A stretch of DNA of 56,081 nucleotides from positions 1 through 56,081 of the IMG/VR virus record IMGVR_UViG_3300044630_001132, one strand, 5' to 3'. The stretch comes from a virus. Taxonomy: Duplodnaviria > Caudoviricetes. Position numbers and translations under genes: made by a program. Shown one piece after another: positions 29,997 to 40,800 of this stretch; position 1 is the first letter of the stretch, and each line of letters opens with the position of its first letter. The notes beneath the pieces were generated by a model. The model was not told the DNA's origin, did not search any database, and was given only the letters and a program-made list of their open reading frames with translations.

Positions 29997-30776
29997 TTAT
30001 GGTTTAACATATCTTATCATGACAATACCAGATCTTCCAGCATTTCCACCGCCACCACCTGCACCAGTGTTATTTCCCAAATATGTTGTTCCTCCACCAT
30101 CTCTTGATCCACCTGCACCACCTCTAGCATATTCTGTTGAAGTTCCATTAAAGTTTATAGTAACACTTGCTCCACCTGGTTGAGAAGAAAGATCTCCACC
30201 GCCTTGAAGTCCAGCACCTCCAGCACCTCCACCAGATCCAGCACCCCAACTTAAATGTTGTTGAGCACCTCCGTTATTTCCTTGTCCAGCAGTACCACTT
30301 CCAAAACCAGTTCCTCTTCCTGCACCTCCACCAGATCCACCAGTAGTTCCAGCATATACGCTATCACCTCTACCACCATGACCTCCACCAATAGCACTTA
30401 CTAAAGAACCAATAGATGATACGCCGCCAGAACTTGGAACACTTGTTCCACCATTTCCAACTGTAATAGCATGAGTAATAGGAGTTACGTTAGAAATTGT
30501 TCCTTGTAGTAAACCTCCTGCACCACCACCTCCACCAGATCCACCAAAGTTAGTGTTTGGTCCACCACCTGATCCACCACCAGCGATAACTAAATAGTTA
30601 ATATCAGATTTACCACTTAAAACTTGAAATGTTCCACTGCTTGTAAATGTATGAACTATATAAGTTGTTCCACTAATAGTGGCTTCTGTCGTTACTCCGC
30701 CAGTTGCGGTAAATGGGCTTTGCTGCTGTCTTCCTGTTACGCCTCTAGCCCCACTGAATGATGATAATATTGGCAT
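29997..30776 (-). CDS. Glycine-rich adhesin-like protein 3
   Basis: ATGG, YIVHTFTSSGTF, poly-Gly, GIVMIRY. Confidence 0.8.
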   Translation of the reverse strand: MPILSSFSGARGVTGRQQQSPFTATGGVTTEATISGTTYIVHTFTSSGTFQVLSGKSDINYLVIAGGGSGGGPNTNFGGSGGGGGAGGLLQGTISNVTPITHAITVGNGGTSVPSSGGVSSIGSLVSAIGGGHGGRGDSVYAGTTGGSGGGAGRGTGFGSGTAGQGNNGGAQQHLSWGAGSGGGAGGAGLQGGGDLSSQPGGASVTINFNGTSTEYARGGAGGSRDGGGTTYLGNNTGAGGGGGNAGRSGIVMIRYVKP

Positions 30777-30784
30777 AAGATTCC

Positions 30785-31717
30785 TTAAATATTTAGATTT
30801 GTACTACCAAGTACTATCCAAGAATCGGATAATCTTAGAAGTGAGAATATGAAGATATCAATCTTATTTAGAGAATTTGTTGGGGTTGGAGCAGTTCCAC
30901 CAACCCATCTTATTGTTTGGTTTGTACCATTAACACTTATTGCATTAGGAATGTAACCACTTGATGCTTGCGTTACCATAAAAGACATTGTTGTTACTCT
31001 ATTGTTTGTTGTTGGAATATTTGTAAGTATTACACCAAAGTTTGCAATTGTTCCTGATGATGTATGAAAAATTGCACCTTCATTATAATTTCCAGTTACT
31101 GATCCAGATACAAACGATATACTATTTACAACTTCTGTAACTTCTGCAATATTTGTTATTCCAGTTACTGTTAAGTTTGTTAAGTTTGCTGTTGTTGCAG
31201 ATAATGTTGTTGAGTTTAATGTTGGAGCAACAACCGTTCCTGTAAAAGTAGGATTTGCAGTAGGTGCATATGCTGAAATATTTACTGGTGAAATATCATA
31301 ATTTTTATCAACCCAAACTTGACCATGTGTTGGTGTGGTAGGCTCATCATTTACATAAGAAACCACTCCAGCGGCTGTAACGCTTGGAACTGTTCCATCT
31401 TGATCTACCCAAATATACCCTTCAGGAAGAACTGTAGTGGTATTGTCTGCTCTAACCAGTAAATGAGGAATCGCTGTTTGAACAACACCTCCACCAGATG
31501 GTGTACTTTCTTGTAATTCTAATCTTAAATTAAAGTCTGATAAATGTGAATGAATACTGTCTGCTGCTGGCGATTCTGCACCTGTATAGTTATCTAATCC
31601 GTAATGATAAAGTTTAAAAGCCTCTACGATATTTGCTTGATCGTTTAATGAGGGGATCTTTGTATCAAATTCTGTAGCACCGTATCCAGATGCATCACTT
31701 AAAAATTGACCTGCCAT
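30785..31717 (-). CDS. Fibre protein with type-1 adapter C-terminal domain
   Basis: TKIPSL...ANIVEAFKLYHYG N-terminus, G.IWVD knots, C-terminal TNIPT...TIRW...KIDIF...WIVLG. Confidence 0.75.
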   Translation of the reverse strand: MAGQFLSDASGYGATEFDTKIPSLNDQANIVEAFKLYHYGLDNYTGAESPAADSIHSHLSDFNLRLELQESTPSGGGVVQTAIPHLLVRADNTTTVLPEGYIWVDQDGTVPSVTAAGVVSYVNDEPTTPTHGQVWVDKNYDISPVNISAYAPTANPTFTGTVVAPTLNSTTLSATTANLTNLTVTGITNIAEVTEVVNSISFVSGSVTGNYNEGAIFHTSSGTIANFGVILTNIPTTNNRVTTMSFMVTQASSGYIPNAISVNGTNQTIRWVGGTAPTPTNSLNKIDIFIFSLLRLSDSWIVLGSTNLNI

Positions 31718-31736
31718 TTTGCTTCACCTTCTTAAA

Positions 31737-32312
31737 TTATAACACGATAGTGATAGATATGTTGAAGTTCGCACTTCCAGATAAATCCGTTACACTGCCT
31801 GCTATTTCTTTTGCTTTTACTACAAAAAGTAATGACCTTGTTCCAACGGTACTTAAGGCTTTTGAGGAAATAGAATGTGCTATTGGTTGAGCATATTCTG
31901 GAGTAAGTTGAATTGATATATTTTGGGCTAATAAGGATGCTGGAGCATCTTGATAAATATTACTTAAAGGTATTGAAACACTTGCACTTCCACCTATAAA
32001 GTTTAATGCTTCTATTTTATTATATAAGATTGGTTGAAATTTTAATACTGATTGCCACTCATTACCCCCTGGAACTGTATTGTATTGATAAACAACTCCA
32101 TAGTCGGCACCGCTATCTGTTCTAACATATAAGTCACTAACTTTTGGACTTTCATTAACAAAAGCACCTGTGTTAATATTTGGATCTCCCGATCCAGAAT
32201 AAATTAAACTTCCTCTTTCTCCAGATGGTCCAATGTCTAATGCAACATCAATTGCTGCTGGTGGACCAAAAACTGTAATTGAATCTGTTTGAAGAACTGA
32301 ATTAATTGCCAT
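31737..32312 (-). CDS. Structural protein of fibre module
   Basis: DIGPSGERGSLIYSGSGDP motif; between an Ig-like gene and a fibre gene. Confidence 0.65.
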   Translation of the reverse strand: MAINSVLQTDSITVFGPPAAIDVALDIGPSGERGSLIYSGSGDPNINTGAFVNESPKVSDLYVRTDSGADYGVVYQYNTVPGGNEWQSVLKFQPILYNKIEALNFIGGSASVSIPLSNIYQDAPASLLAQNISIQLTPEYAQPIAHSISSKALSTVGTRSLLFVVKAKEIAGSVTDLSGSANFNISITIVL

Positions 32313-32663
32313 TTATACCCTACCAGATACGTCTTGAGTTACGCTAATGTTTCCTGTCAGTAGTGTGTACTTTGTTGAAGCACTTGTATCGTTAATTTGA
32401 ACGTCATAAACATATGTACCTAAAGACATTAAGTCACCTAATGTTGGCGTGATTTTACAAATCAAAGATGTTGATCCAGACTTTGTTATGGTTCCTGTTC
32501 CAACTAAAGTTGCACCAGTACCTCTGTCTGTTGCCACTGTAAATAGATTAGAATTATATGATGTTAAATCAAATGCAGTTCCATTAGCATTTTTTGGATA
32601 AATAACAAACTCATAACTATCACCACGGTAGTAATTGAAATTATATGTTGCTGGAAATGCCAT
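32313..32663 (-). CDS. Small Ig-like/beta-sandwich fibre-attachment protein
   Basis: YRGDS...FDLTSY...YVYDVQI...LLTGNISVTQDV; paralog of 51118..51462. Confidence 0.7.
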   Translation of the reverse strand: MAFPATYNFNYYRGDSYEFVIYPKNANGTAFDLTSYNSNLFTVATDRGTGATLVGTGTITKSGSTSLICKITPTLGDLMSLGTYVYDVQINDTSASTKYTLLTGNISVTQDVSGRV

Positions 32664-32691
32664 TTATATCACCCTTTTTATTATATCATTG

Positions 32692-32949
32692 TCAAGCAAG
32701 GTCGCCCCATGTTACAGTTTGTAGATTAAATACTGACTTAAATTCTATCCAAGTTCCATTTATTACTACATATAAACCTATAACTTCATTTAATTCCCCG
32801 CTTAATTTGAAATAAACTGTTCCTTCTTTTGCTGCATGTGTTGGATCTGCTGCACCAAATTCGTAGTTTGGTTGAACTCCAGCAATTGGAACCCATTCGG
32901 TTCCATTCCAAACTTGTGCTGGTCTTGAATTAGCAGATATGTTAGGCAT
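32692..32949 (-). CDS. Small anchor-motif protein
   Basis: Likely start 32949 (TAATG coupling): MPNISANSRPAQVWNGTEWVPI. Confidence 0.65.
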   Translation of the reverse strand: MPNISANSRPAQVWNGTEWVPIAGVQPNYEFGAADPTHAAKEGTVYFKLSGELNEVIGLYVVINGTWIEFKSVFNLQTVTWGDLA

Positions 32950-33317
32950 TATTCTGGGACTTCTTCTTCCCATTCTCCCTTATTATCATTCCAAGTATAA
33001 AATCCTTCTGATTCATATGGGTATGGAATTGGAGGTTCCCACTGGTATGTTGTTGTATTTAAAATAAATTTTTCAAAAGGTTTTGGTGGAATAAATACAT
33101 CTATAGAACTATCGTAAGTATATCCTATGCCAGCATAATTTTTTCTTATATTTGAATTGTAAGATGTTTGTTTCCATGTACCACCAAAAATATTGTGACA
33201 AAAGGTAGCACCAACTGATTCTGATTCTATACCATTACCATCTAAACAATCTTTGTTGTCTACAACGATAACTCTTGTAACTATGTTGTTTTGATCTATC
33301 TCTGCAAAATGTGCCAT
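32949..33317 (-). CDS. Small fibre-associated (chaperone-like) protein
   Basis: MAHFAEID...WKQTSYN..IRKNYAGIGYTYD...PPKPF; RBS AAGGAGG. Confidence 0.75.
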   Translation of the reverse strand: MAHFAEIDQNNIVTRVIVVDNKDCLDGNGIESESVGATFCHNIFGGTWKQTSYNSNIRKNYAGIGYTYDSSIDVFIPPKPFEKFILNTTTYQWEPPIPYPYESEGFYTWNDNKGEWEEEVPE

Positions 33318-33348
33318 TTTTATTTCCTCCTTGTTATATTATATCCTA

Positions 33349-33873
33349 TTAGACTGTTTCGTAGGCAATAGAAAAACCTATTGAATCTATATTTACTATA
33401 GCCCTATTTGGTTGATTTCCAAAGTATGATTCAAAATTTGAGGCATCTGATCTAAAAGCCATTTGGGTAGTTGTTAAAGCCCATGTAGTACCAGCAAAGT
33501 TTACGTTTCCACTTGATCCGTAGATTATAAAACTTCCTATTGGTTGCCCAGCAGATGCTGCTGCTAATGGAAGTGTAAGCGTTACATTTGCCCCAGCAGT
33601 ACCATTTGCAGTAACTGCAATATATCCATTTGCAATAACAGTTTTTCCTAACTTAATATATTTACAATAGTTAATAGTTTTATTTATATTTGATGTACCC
33701 TGATCTAATTGAGGATTAAAAGACGTCCAAGCACTTGCTGAAAAATTTAATACAGTAGCGTATGTTGCACTTGCAGAGGCACTAGTTAAATAACCAAGTG
33801 ATGCAACTTCTGCATCTGTTGCTAATACACTACTTGTTGTTAATAAACTAGCAATATCTCTTGCTCTACCCAT
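33349..33873 (-). CDS. Short fibre/receptor-binding-like protein
   Basis: MGRARDIASLL N-terminus, SAS-rich linker, beta-sandwich C-terminus (YIKLGKTV...LTLP...IAYE). Confidence 0.65.
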   Translation of the reverse strand: MGRARDIASLLTTSSVLATDAEVASLGYLTSASASATYATVLNFSASAWTSFNPQLDQGTSNINKTINYCKYIKLGKTVIANGYIAVTANGTAGANVTLTLPLAAASAGQPIGSFIIYGSSGNVNFAGTTWALTTTQMAFRSDASNFESYFGNQPNRAIVNIDSIGFSIAYETV

Positions 33874-33874
33874 T

Positions 33875-34753
33875 TTATTCTGTCCTATAGCGAATTATTA
33901 CAATTCCACTTCCACCAGCAGATCCAGCACCAGTTCCAGCACCATTACATCCACCAAGTCCACCACCGCCTCCACCAGTATGTTGTTGTCCTGGCGATCC
34001 TCCACCCCTACAAAACTCTCCACCATTTCCGCCACCACCTAATCCTCCTGCTGAGGTTCCGCCGCCGTTGTGAGCAGCACCACCACCGCCGCCACCAGAA
34101 TAATGAGTTGAAGTACCATTTATTGAACTTGATAATCCTGCTCCACCAGCACCACCTGGTTGTCCACTTGCACCATTTGCATTTGTACCAACTGCACCAG
34201 CACCGCCACCGCCACCGCCATTATGATGACCTCCACCACCATGCCCCCCTGCATGTCCTTGACCAGCGATTCCAGCACCACCAACACTTGTTTGGTTGTG
34301 TGCAGAGCCTCCTCCTGATCCTCCACTTCCACCTAATTGATTTGTAGTATGTGATCCACCAAATCCTCCACCTGTTGCAACAACTGTACTAAAAAATGAA
34401 TCTACTCCTTTAACTCCAGTACTTGCATTTGCTGAAGGGCCTCCACTACCAACTTGTACTGAGTATGTTCCTACTCCAACTGGTGTTTGTCCAGTTAAAA
34501 ATCCTCCCGCACCTCCACCACCTCCTGCAGGTGTACTACCACTAATACCTCCACCACTTCCTCCTCCAGCAACTACTAAATAGTCAACACTTCCTGCTCC
34601 GCTAATTACAGTAAATGTTCCACTGCTTGTATATGTGTGAACACGATACGTAATTCCACCACTAGTATGATTTATAGTAGTGTTTCCTCCATTTGCTACA
34701 AGGAATCCACCACTAGGGTTTTTTCCAACTGAGTTTAATGAACTTATTGGCAT
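33875..34753 (-). CDS. Glycine-rich adhesin-like protein 4
   Basis: YRVHTYTSSGTF, YLVVAGGG, poly-Gly, GIVIIRY. Confidence 0.8.
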   Translation of the reverse strand: MPISSLNSVGKNPSGGFLVANGGNTTINHTSGGITYRVHTYTSSGTFTVISGAGSVDYLVVAGGGSGGGISGSTPAGGGGGAGGFLTGQTPVGVGTYSVQVGSGGPSANASTGVKGVDSFFSTVVATGGGFGGSHTTNQLGGSGGSGGGSAHNQTSVGGAGIAGQGHAGGHGGGGHHNGGGGGGAGAVGTNANGASGQPGGAGGAGLSSSINGTSTHYSGGGGGGAAHNGGGTSAGGLGGGGNGGEFCRGGGSPGQQHTGGGGGGLGGCNGAGTGAGSAGGSGIVIIRYRTE

Positions 34754-35088
34754 TAGTCAGCAGTCACCTCCGCATATGACATATTAAAACTTACACTTCC
34801 GCTTGATGCCCATACTGATAATACATCTAAAGGACCCATGGTAATTCCATCTCCTAATTGAACTGTATCATTTGCTGTAACAGTTAATCCATTAAACAAA
34901 TAATGTTGTGGTAATATTTGTGCACCCGATGGTCTTACAGCAATTTGAATTGATGCAGAAAGTCCTCCGTAGTTACACACATGTATGTTAGAAACAACTA
35001 CTTGAGTATTAGCAGGAACAGAATAAAGGGTTGTAAGAGTGCTTGCTACAGGAACTATCTGAGCAGGTGATTTATAAATATTAGGCAT
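34753..35088 (-). CDS. Small fibre adapter (type 2)
   Basis: Likely start 35088: MPNIYKSPAQIVP...TLYSVP...SNIHVCN. Confidence 0.75.
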   Translation of the reverse strand: MPNIYKSPAQIVPVASTLTTLYSVPANTQVVVSNIHVCNYGGLSASIQIAVRPSGAQILPQHYLFNGLTVTANDTVQLGDGITMGPLDVLSVWASSGSVSFNMSYAEVTAD

Positions 35089-36572
35089 TAGTACACTCCA
35101 AAGAATGGGTGAAGACCAGAGTCTCCGCCACCACCAGATACAGCGATCCACTTAGTTCCATTATACACTTTCAATTTGGGTGCTGTGATGGTAGTTGAGT
35201 CAATCCATAAAGTTCCAGGAACTGGAGATGTAGGAGATGCTGACACATATGGTATATTTGGCTCAAAATCTAAATTTGCTATTTGAAATGGCTTTATACT
35301 TATAATTTCTAATATATCTCCAGATGTTAATGGGGTATCAAGAGTAATAACAGTATTTGCTAGTCTTGTATAGTCAGTAATAGGAGTTAATAATACACCA
35401 TTTAAAAATACCTGCTCAAATCCAGCAGTATAGTTTAAAGTAGTTCCACTTTCATCAATACCAGTAATTATATAAGCACTTGCCGAGTATTGTTTTTTCC
35501 ATCTAGTATATTCATTATATTTAGCATCTATTTGACCTTGGGTATATGTATTATTATTTGTTGAATTTTGATATGCATATATGTCAATAGTTTGACCAGA
35601 CACTATTGGTTGATTTAAAGTAATTAAGTTAGAATTTGTAGTAGTGTATTGATTATTGGCAATTAATACTCCATTTATGAATACTTGTTCATACCCTGGA
35701 TTATATTCTAAATTATATAGATTATCATCGTTACCAGTTATTGTAGTTGCTGATGCGGAATATGTTTTTCTCCATCTAGTAAAAGCCATACTTGCTGTTT
35801 TAGGAAGGTAGTCATCAATTGCGTCTGCAATTGTTAAGTAATCAGTGCTTGCAACAAACTGAGTTAAGTATGTTGAAGAAGCGGAAGATTGAGTTAAATA
35901 TATAGATGATGCTGAAGATTTTGACAAATAGTCTTGTGCTATTTGAGAAGGAGTAGTGTAAATATATGAAGCACTTGCTTGATTTAAATATATAGATGAT
36001 GCTGAAGACTGAGATAGATATGTTGATGATGCTGAAGATAGTGTTAAATAGTCAAGAAATTCTGGTTCAACAAAAGATGTTCCATTAAAGTACTTTAAAA
36101 CTCCATTATCAGAATCTACCCAAAATGTTCCTGTAATTAAAAATGGATCAGAAACTGATGGGTCTTCTGATTGATAAATAGCAGCACTCTCTGTAATATT
36201 AGCCCATTTTAATCCATTCCAAATATATGTTTTTTTAGTATCTGTTTCGTATATTGATAAACCAACGTTTGGAGATCCTGGCCTAGTTGCAGATGTAACA
36301 TATACAAATGGATTTAGTCTTACATAGTCCAAACCTAATTGAACATTGGTTGCACTTGACGAACTATAAATTGATGGACTGTATGCTATTTGTGTAGCAC
36401 TAGTTGCTGTATAGTCTGGAGTTGCTGAAGCACTACTGTTTACCCAAACAGTTCCTATTTCTACAATATCTGGCTCTGAGTCTTGATAAACAACCTTTGC
36501 TGTTGTTCCTAAAAGGTTGTCAACGGCTGGTTGCCAAGAAAGTCCATCCCATATATATAACGGCTTTGTCAT
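35088..36572 (-). CDS. Fibre/anchor protein with 10-aa repeats and a duplicated beta domain
   Basis: KPLYIWDG..W N-terminus, YLxxSSASSx repeats, two TRW.K.YSASA...EQVF.NGVL domains, C-terminal GLHPFFGVY. Confidence 0.75.
   Translation of the reverse strand: MTKPLYIWDGLSWQPAVDNLLGTTAKVVYQDSEPDIVEIGTVWVNSSASATPDYTATSATQIAYSPSIYSSSSATNVQLGLDYVRLNPFVYVTSATRPGSPNVGLSIYETDTKKTYIWNGLKWANITESAAIYQSEDPSVSDPFLITGTFWVDSDNGVLKYFNGTSFVEPEFLDYLTLSSASSTYLSQSSASSIYLNQASASYIYTTPSQIAQDYLSKSSASSIYLTQSSASSTYLTQFVASTDYLTIADAIDDYLPKTASMAFTRWRKTYSASATTITGNDDNLYNLEYNPGYEQVFINGVLIANNQYTTTNSNLITLNQPIVSGQTIDIYAYQNSTNNNTYTQGQIDAKYNEYTRWKKQYSASAYIITGIDESGTTLNYTAGFEQVFLNGVLLTPITDYTRLANTVITLDTPLTSGDILEIISIKPFQIANLDFEPNIPYVSASPTSPVPGTLWIDSTTITAPKLKVYNGTKWIAVSGGGGDSGLHPFFGVY
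35811..36050 (-). repeat. Eight degenerate 30-bp (10-aa) coding repeats
   Basis: YLTLSSASST / YLSQSSASSI / YLNQASASYI / YTTPSQIAQD / YLSKSSASSI / YLTQSSASST / YLTQFVASTD / YLTIADAIDD. Confidence 0.85.
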
Positions 36573-36597
36573 TTAATTCACCTTTTTCATTATAGCA

Positions 36598-37305
36598 TTA
36601 TAAGCCATAAAAAGATTTTGCTGCATTAAAATTTCCACTTATTTCTGAGTCAGACAAAGCACGATTATACACTCTAACTACAGATATTCTACATTGAGAA
36701 AATTCTCCAGGCCATCCATTATGTATATTACAAATCTGTGCTGTAAAGTTATTAGTAAATCCACTTTTTGATCCTCTTGATAATCCATCTTTAAATGCAT
36801 ATGCAATAGAAGATTCTCTTTTAAATACAATATGATTCCATGTGTTTAACATCAATGACCACCCAGGGGTTGAGTTATATGTCTCAAAGGTTGGGGTATA
36901 CAGATACACCTGCCCGCCCCCAATACTTCCTACGTCTGCTTTTAATGCCATGGTACTTTGTTGTGGAAAAGCAATCATATGGGTATACTTTGTAAAATCT
37001 TGTGGGTATATCCAGCACTCTAAAGTAAAATCTCCTGTGCCAAAAGCAAACTTGGGGTTAGATGCTATAGTTGCAGAGTCATCGGTTCCGTCAAATTGAA
37101 TATATGGCCTAGTAAAGGTTGGTCCATTTACTAATGTTGCGTTACTTGGGCTAGCACTAAGATCTGTCCAAATAGTTCCAGAAGATAGATAAGAGTTAGA
37201 GTTGCTTGCATCTAAATTTAAAATTAAACCATTTGTAGAAACACTGTTTCTATTTGTTTTTCCATATATACCACGATTTCCACCAAAAGTTGTTAGTCCT
37301 GGCAT
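36598..37305 (-). CDS. LamG/ConA-like lectin domain protein
   Basis: Start 37305 after AGGAG; GLILNLDA, FDGTDD, DFTLECWIYP, WNHIV and RVYNRALS motifs. Confidence 0.85.
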   Translation of the reverse strand: MPGLTTFGGNRGIYGKTNRNSVSTNGLILNLDASNSNSYLSSGTIWTDLSASPSNATLVNGPTFTRPYIQFDGTDDSATIASNPKFAFGTGDFTLECWIYPQDFTKYTHMIAFPQQSTMALKADVGSIGGGQVYLYTPTFETYNSTPGWSLMLNTWNHIVFKRESSIAYAFKDGLSRGSKSGFTNNFTAQICNIHNGWPGEFSQCRISVVRVYNRALSDSEISGNFNAAKSFYGL

Positions 37306-37313
37306 ATTTACTC

Positions 37314-37880
37314 CTATATGTTTGTACTGGCATTTCCGATAACTATCCAAGAGTTAGATCTTCTAATCATTGAAAAGTTATAAATATCAAGTTTTCCAGT
37401 TATGCTTGTTGGAGTTGGTGCTGCACCATTTAACCATTTAATAGGCTGAGTGATACCATTAATTTGAAGTAATGAAACTCCATATCCTATATTACCTTGA
37501 GGAATAATTAAAGACACAGTGTGTGATTTTAAATTTGTAATAGGAACATTGTCAACATTTAATGCAAAGTTAGCAGTAGCAGCATTTGATAAATAAAATA
37601 AAGCAGATGTAGTAAAATTAGCATAACATAAATTACTTGCAGTTACTATTACATCTTGAACTCTTTCTGATATTTCAGATATGTCTAATCTACCTGTAAT
37701 GTCTACGTCACCTATAAATGATGACGATGCTGTAGTTGCTGGGGGGCTAGAAATATTACTTCTACCAGATATATTATTAGTTCCAATAGTATTATTAACA
37801 ATTGATGAGTTATCTGCTGATGATAATACAGGAATGTTTAATTCATAATCATATTGATGATTGAGTTTATTTAATCCCAT
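37314..37880 (-). CDS. Fibre adapter (type 1)
   Basis: NVPIT...IKWLNGAAPTPT...KLDIYNF...WIVIG; paralog of the 25155 and 30785 C-terminal domains. Confidence 0.75.
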   Translation of the reverse strand: MGLNKLNHQYDYELNIPVLSSADNSSIVNNTIGTNNISGRSNISSPPATTASSSFIGDVDITGRLDISEISERVQDVIVTASNLCYANFTTSALFYLSNAATANFALNVDNVPITNLKSHTVSLIIPQGNIGYGVSLLQINGITQPIKWLNGAAPTPTSITGKLDIYNFSMIRRSNSWIVIGNASTNI

Positions 37881-37889
37881 ACCCGCCCC

Positions 37890-40800
37890 TTATGCCTGGG
37901 CTTCGGTCCAAGAAAGTCTTCCTTGTACATCCAGTGATGATGCAGAGGTATTTGTTACTACAATTGTAAGAACATCTGGTCCATCAGGATAGATATTTGT
38001 GTTAGCGTTAGGACCGCCACCGCCAAGAATTGAATTACCTAAATCACGAACCCTATCAAGTTCTAGTGTTGATGTTCCTTGGGTAAAGAAACCTCCAGTT
38101 ACCTCTCCACCAGAGACTGAAGTTGATCCTCCTGAATAGTTAGCAATTTGTGCAAGACTTGAGTTTGCAACACCAGTTGCGTTGTTAACTGCGTTTGTCC
38201 AAGCAGTTGCTGTACTTGGAGTTCCGTTAAGAACTGCTGTTACAAGCATGTTTGGAGTTAAAGTTCTTGTTGTAATACCTAGTGATACTAAAACTAACTG
38301 CATTCTGTTTACAAGTTCACGTGTTCCAAAGTTTGCAGCAATACCGTTATCCACAGAAGGTGCTACTCGAATTGAAAACAGTGCTCTTGATGCACCAGCA
38401 GCAATGGTTGTAAATGTTGTTTGTCCATATGTAAACACAAGTGACTTATCGTCATCGTACCTACCGTCCATAATTACAGAAGTGCCCCAATGTGATATTT
38501 GTGAAGAATATGATGGGAATGCTAACTCTACCATTACTGGAGAAGTTGCAGAAATTGTAAATGCTTGTGGACTTGCCATACCCATTGGTGCAAATAAGAC
38601 ACCAGTTGGATTTGTTGTTGTTGCTGCTTGAGTAAATGTTAAAGTTGTTCCATTAATTGCAGAAACATATGTTCCGTCTGGGAAGTTAGCACTAATAACT
38701 CTTTGTCCAATTTGAATTCCAGCAGCACTAGAAACTGTACCAACATTCGTTCCATTTGTTATTGATACCGTAACTCCACCTACTGAGCCACCTTGTGCTC
38801 TAGTTAAGCCAGTAAATGATGTTGCTGTTTTTCCTACGTAGTTAACATATTCATACTTAGAACCATCTCTAACACAAAGTGTTCCACTTGGTGGGAAGTT
38901 ACTTGTATCTACTACGTTTAATGCTGTGTCTGTGTTTGAAGCACTAGTTGTTAAAGAAGTGTAGATTGGATCTGTTGATGATTCATAACGTGCTGGTAAG
39001 TTACCTGAACGCATGTATGCTTCATTGTTAATATTATTGTTTGGCATCTTGTGTACATAAGTTACGTTTCCATCACGACCACGCATACCCCAACGTACAT
39101 ATCCTGCACCATACCAAGAATAATCAACATAAAACATTTGCATTTTTGCTAAATCTAGTAACATTCCTGATGGGCCAGTCCCATCCATCTTATCAATATT
39201 CCATTGTGATTGAGGAATCTTAAAGTCTACTGTTTTAGAAACAATTGCAAATTGTGTTGTAGAACCTCTATATGATGGAGTAATTGTCATGCTTGTATCA
39301 CTTTCAATACTTTGAATCTTATAGGAAACTCCACGAATTACTATAAAACTACCAACTTCTAGTTGTCTTGCAAAATATGTTGGGAATGAAGAGTCTGTTT
39401 GTGTAACTGTATTTGAATTATTTGTAACAGTTACTCTTCCAGAAATTTGAAATGTAGAGTTTCTACGAACTGCGTATAGTGTTTGACCATTGAACTCAAA
39501 AAATAGTCCATTTTGATCATCAAAAATACCTAATTTATTTGAACATCCATACCATGAAATTACTGCTGCATAATAAGGACCTTGTCCTACTGATACTGTA
39601 GGAACTGTTGGAACTGTGTATTGAAATCTGTTGTATCCAACTATGGAAGTAATAGTAAATTCTCCATTATAAACTGGGTCTAAACATCCAGCAATTCTTA
39701 CTACGGCACCTGGTTGTAAATTGTGTTGATCTTTAGTTTGAACAGTTACTGTTTGTCCTACTGAGTTAATAGAGTCTAGTTGTAAGTTTGGTTTTAAAAT
39801 TGTTCCTGAAGACATTTGCATGCCTTTTCCTGATTGATAACGGAAATAACGTCTTGTTTGACGAATTGCTTGTTCATTATTTGAGTTTGCATTTGTAGAA
39901 AATACAACTCCTCCGTCAAATGGTCTATGTAAAAATTGAGATTTTGGAACCATATAAACTTCTGCCGCTGCACCAGACAATGCTCCAGTTGGTGCTGCTA
40001 ATGTGTAATATGTAAACTGTGTTGGACTTGTAATTGTACAAACTGGAAATGTTCCGTTTGGTGCATTTGTTGTAGCAGTAGATCCAATTATATTAACTTC
40101 GTTTCCAATTGCTAATCCGTGTGGCACTGTAGTTGTTACCGATACTGCCTGTCCTGCGTAAGACATTGTAGGTGCTCCACCAATTCGTGCACCAGTATAA
40201 ATACTTCCTGAATAAATTACTGTTTTATTAGTATCCAAAATAGATGTTACGGTACCTGAGTTAAGTGCTCTACCTGTATAAGTAAATGTACTTGTTCCTC
40301 CACCGCTTTCAACTGTGAAATTACCATTGGCAATTGATAGATATGTATCATAAACTGAAATTGATGTTCCGTTTGCTGGTGCTGTACCACTAGAAAGTGT
40401 TACTGTAACAATTCTTGAGTTATTTAACATTGTAATTGCAGAAACGTTTGGAATTGGAGATGGTGATGCGTAGGCAAATGGTCTGTGATTAATTAATCCA
40501 AGATTTTCCCATTTAGAAACTTGTGGACCGTATTCAAAGTCAGTATCGATAAGTGCTTGTGGGGTTGTAACTCTAAGTTTATTTGTAGAATCTAAATATG
40601 TTTCTGCTGGTTCAAATTTTTCGTTATATTCATCAACAAGGATAGATATTTTATCTGTTGATGACATTGCTGCAGTATTATAATTTAAAACAACACTGGT
40701 TAATTCATCCATATTGGAATTAACTGATGCTGAAACTGTACCTCTTAAACTTGGGTCTGAGAAATTGTAGATTACGATATTTTTTGTTACGTTGGTTATT

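Noticed and set aside
25155-31100. Similar DNA in paralogous adapters (25200-25420 vs 30800-31050) as a DGR template/variable repeat pair
   Set aside because: Both copies are coding, differences are not adenine-specific, and no reverse transcriptase is in the window.
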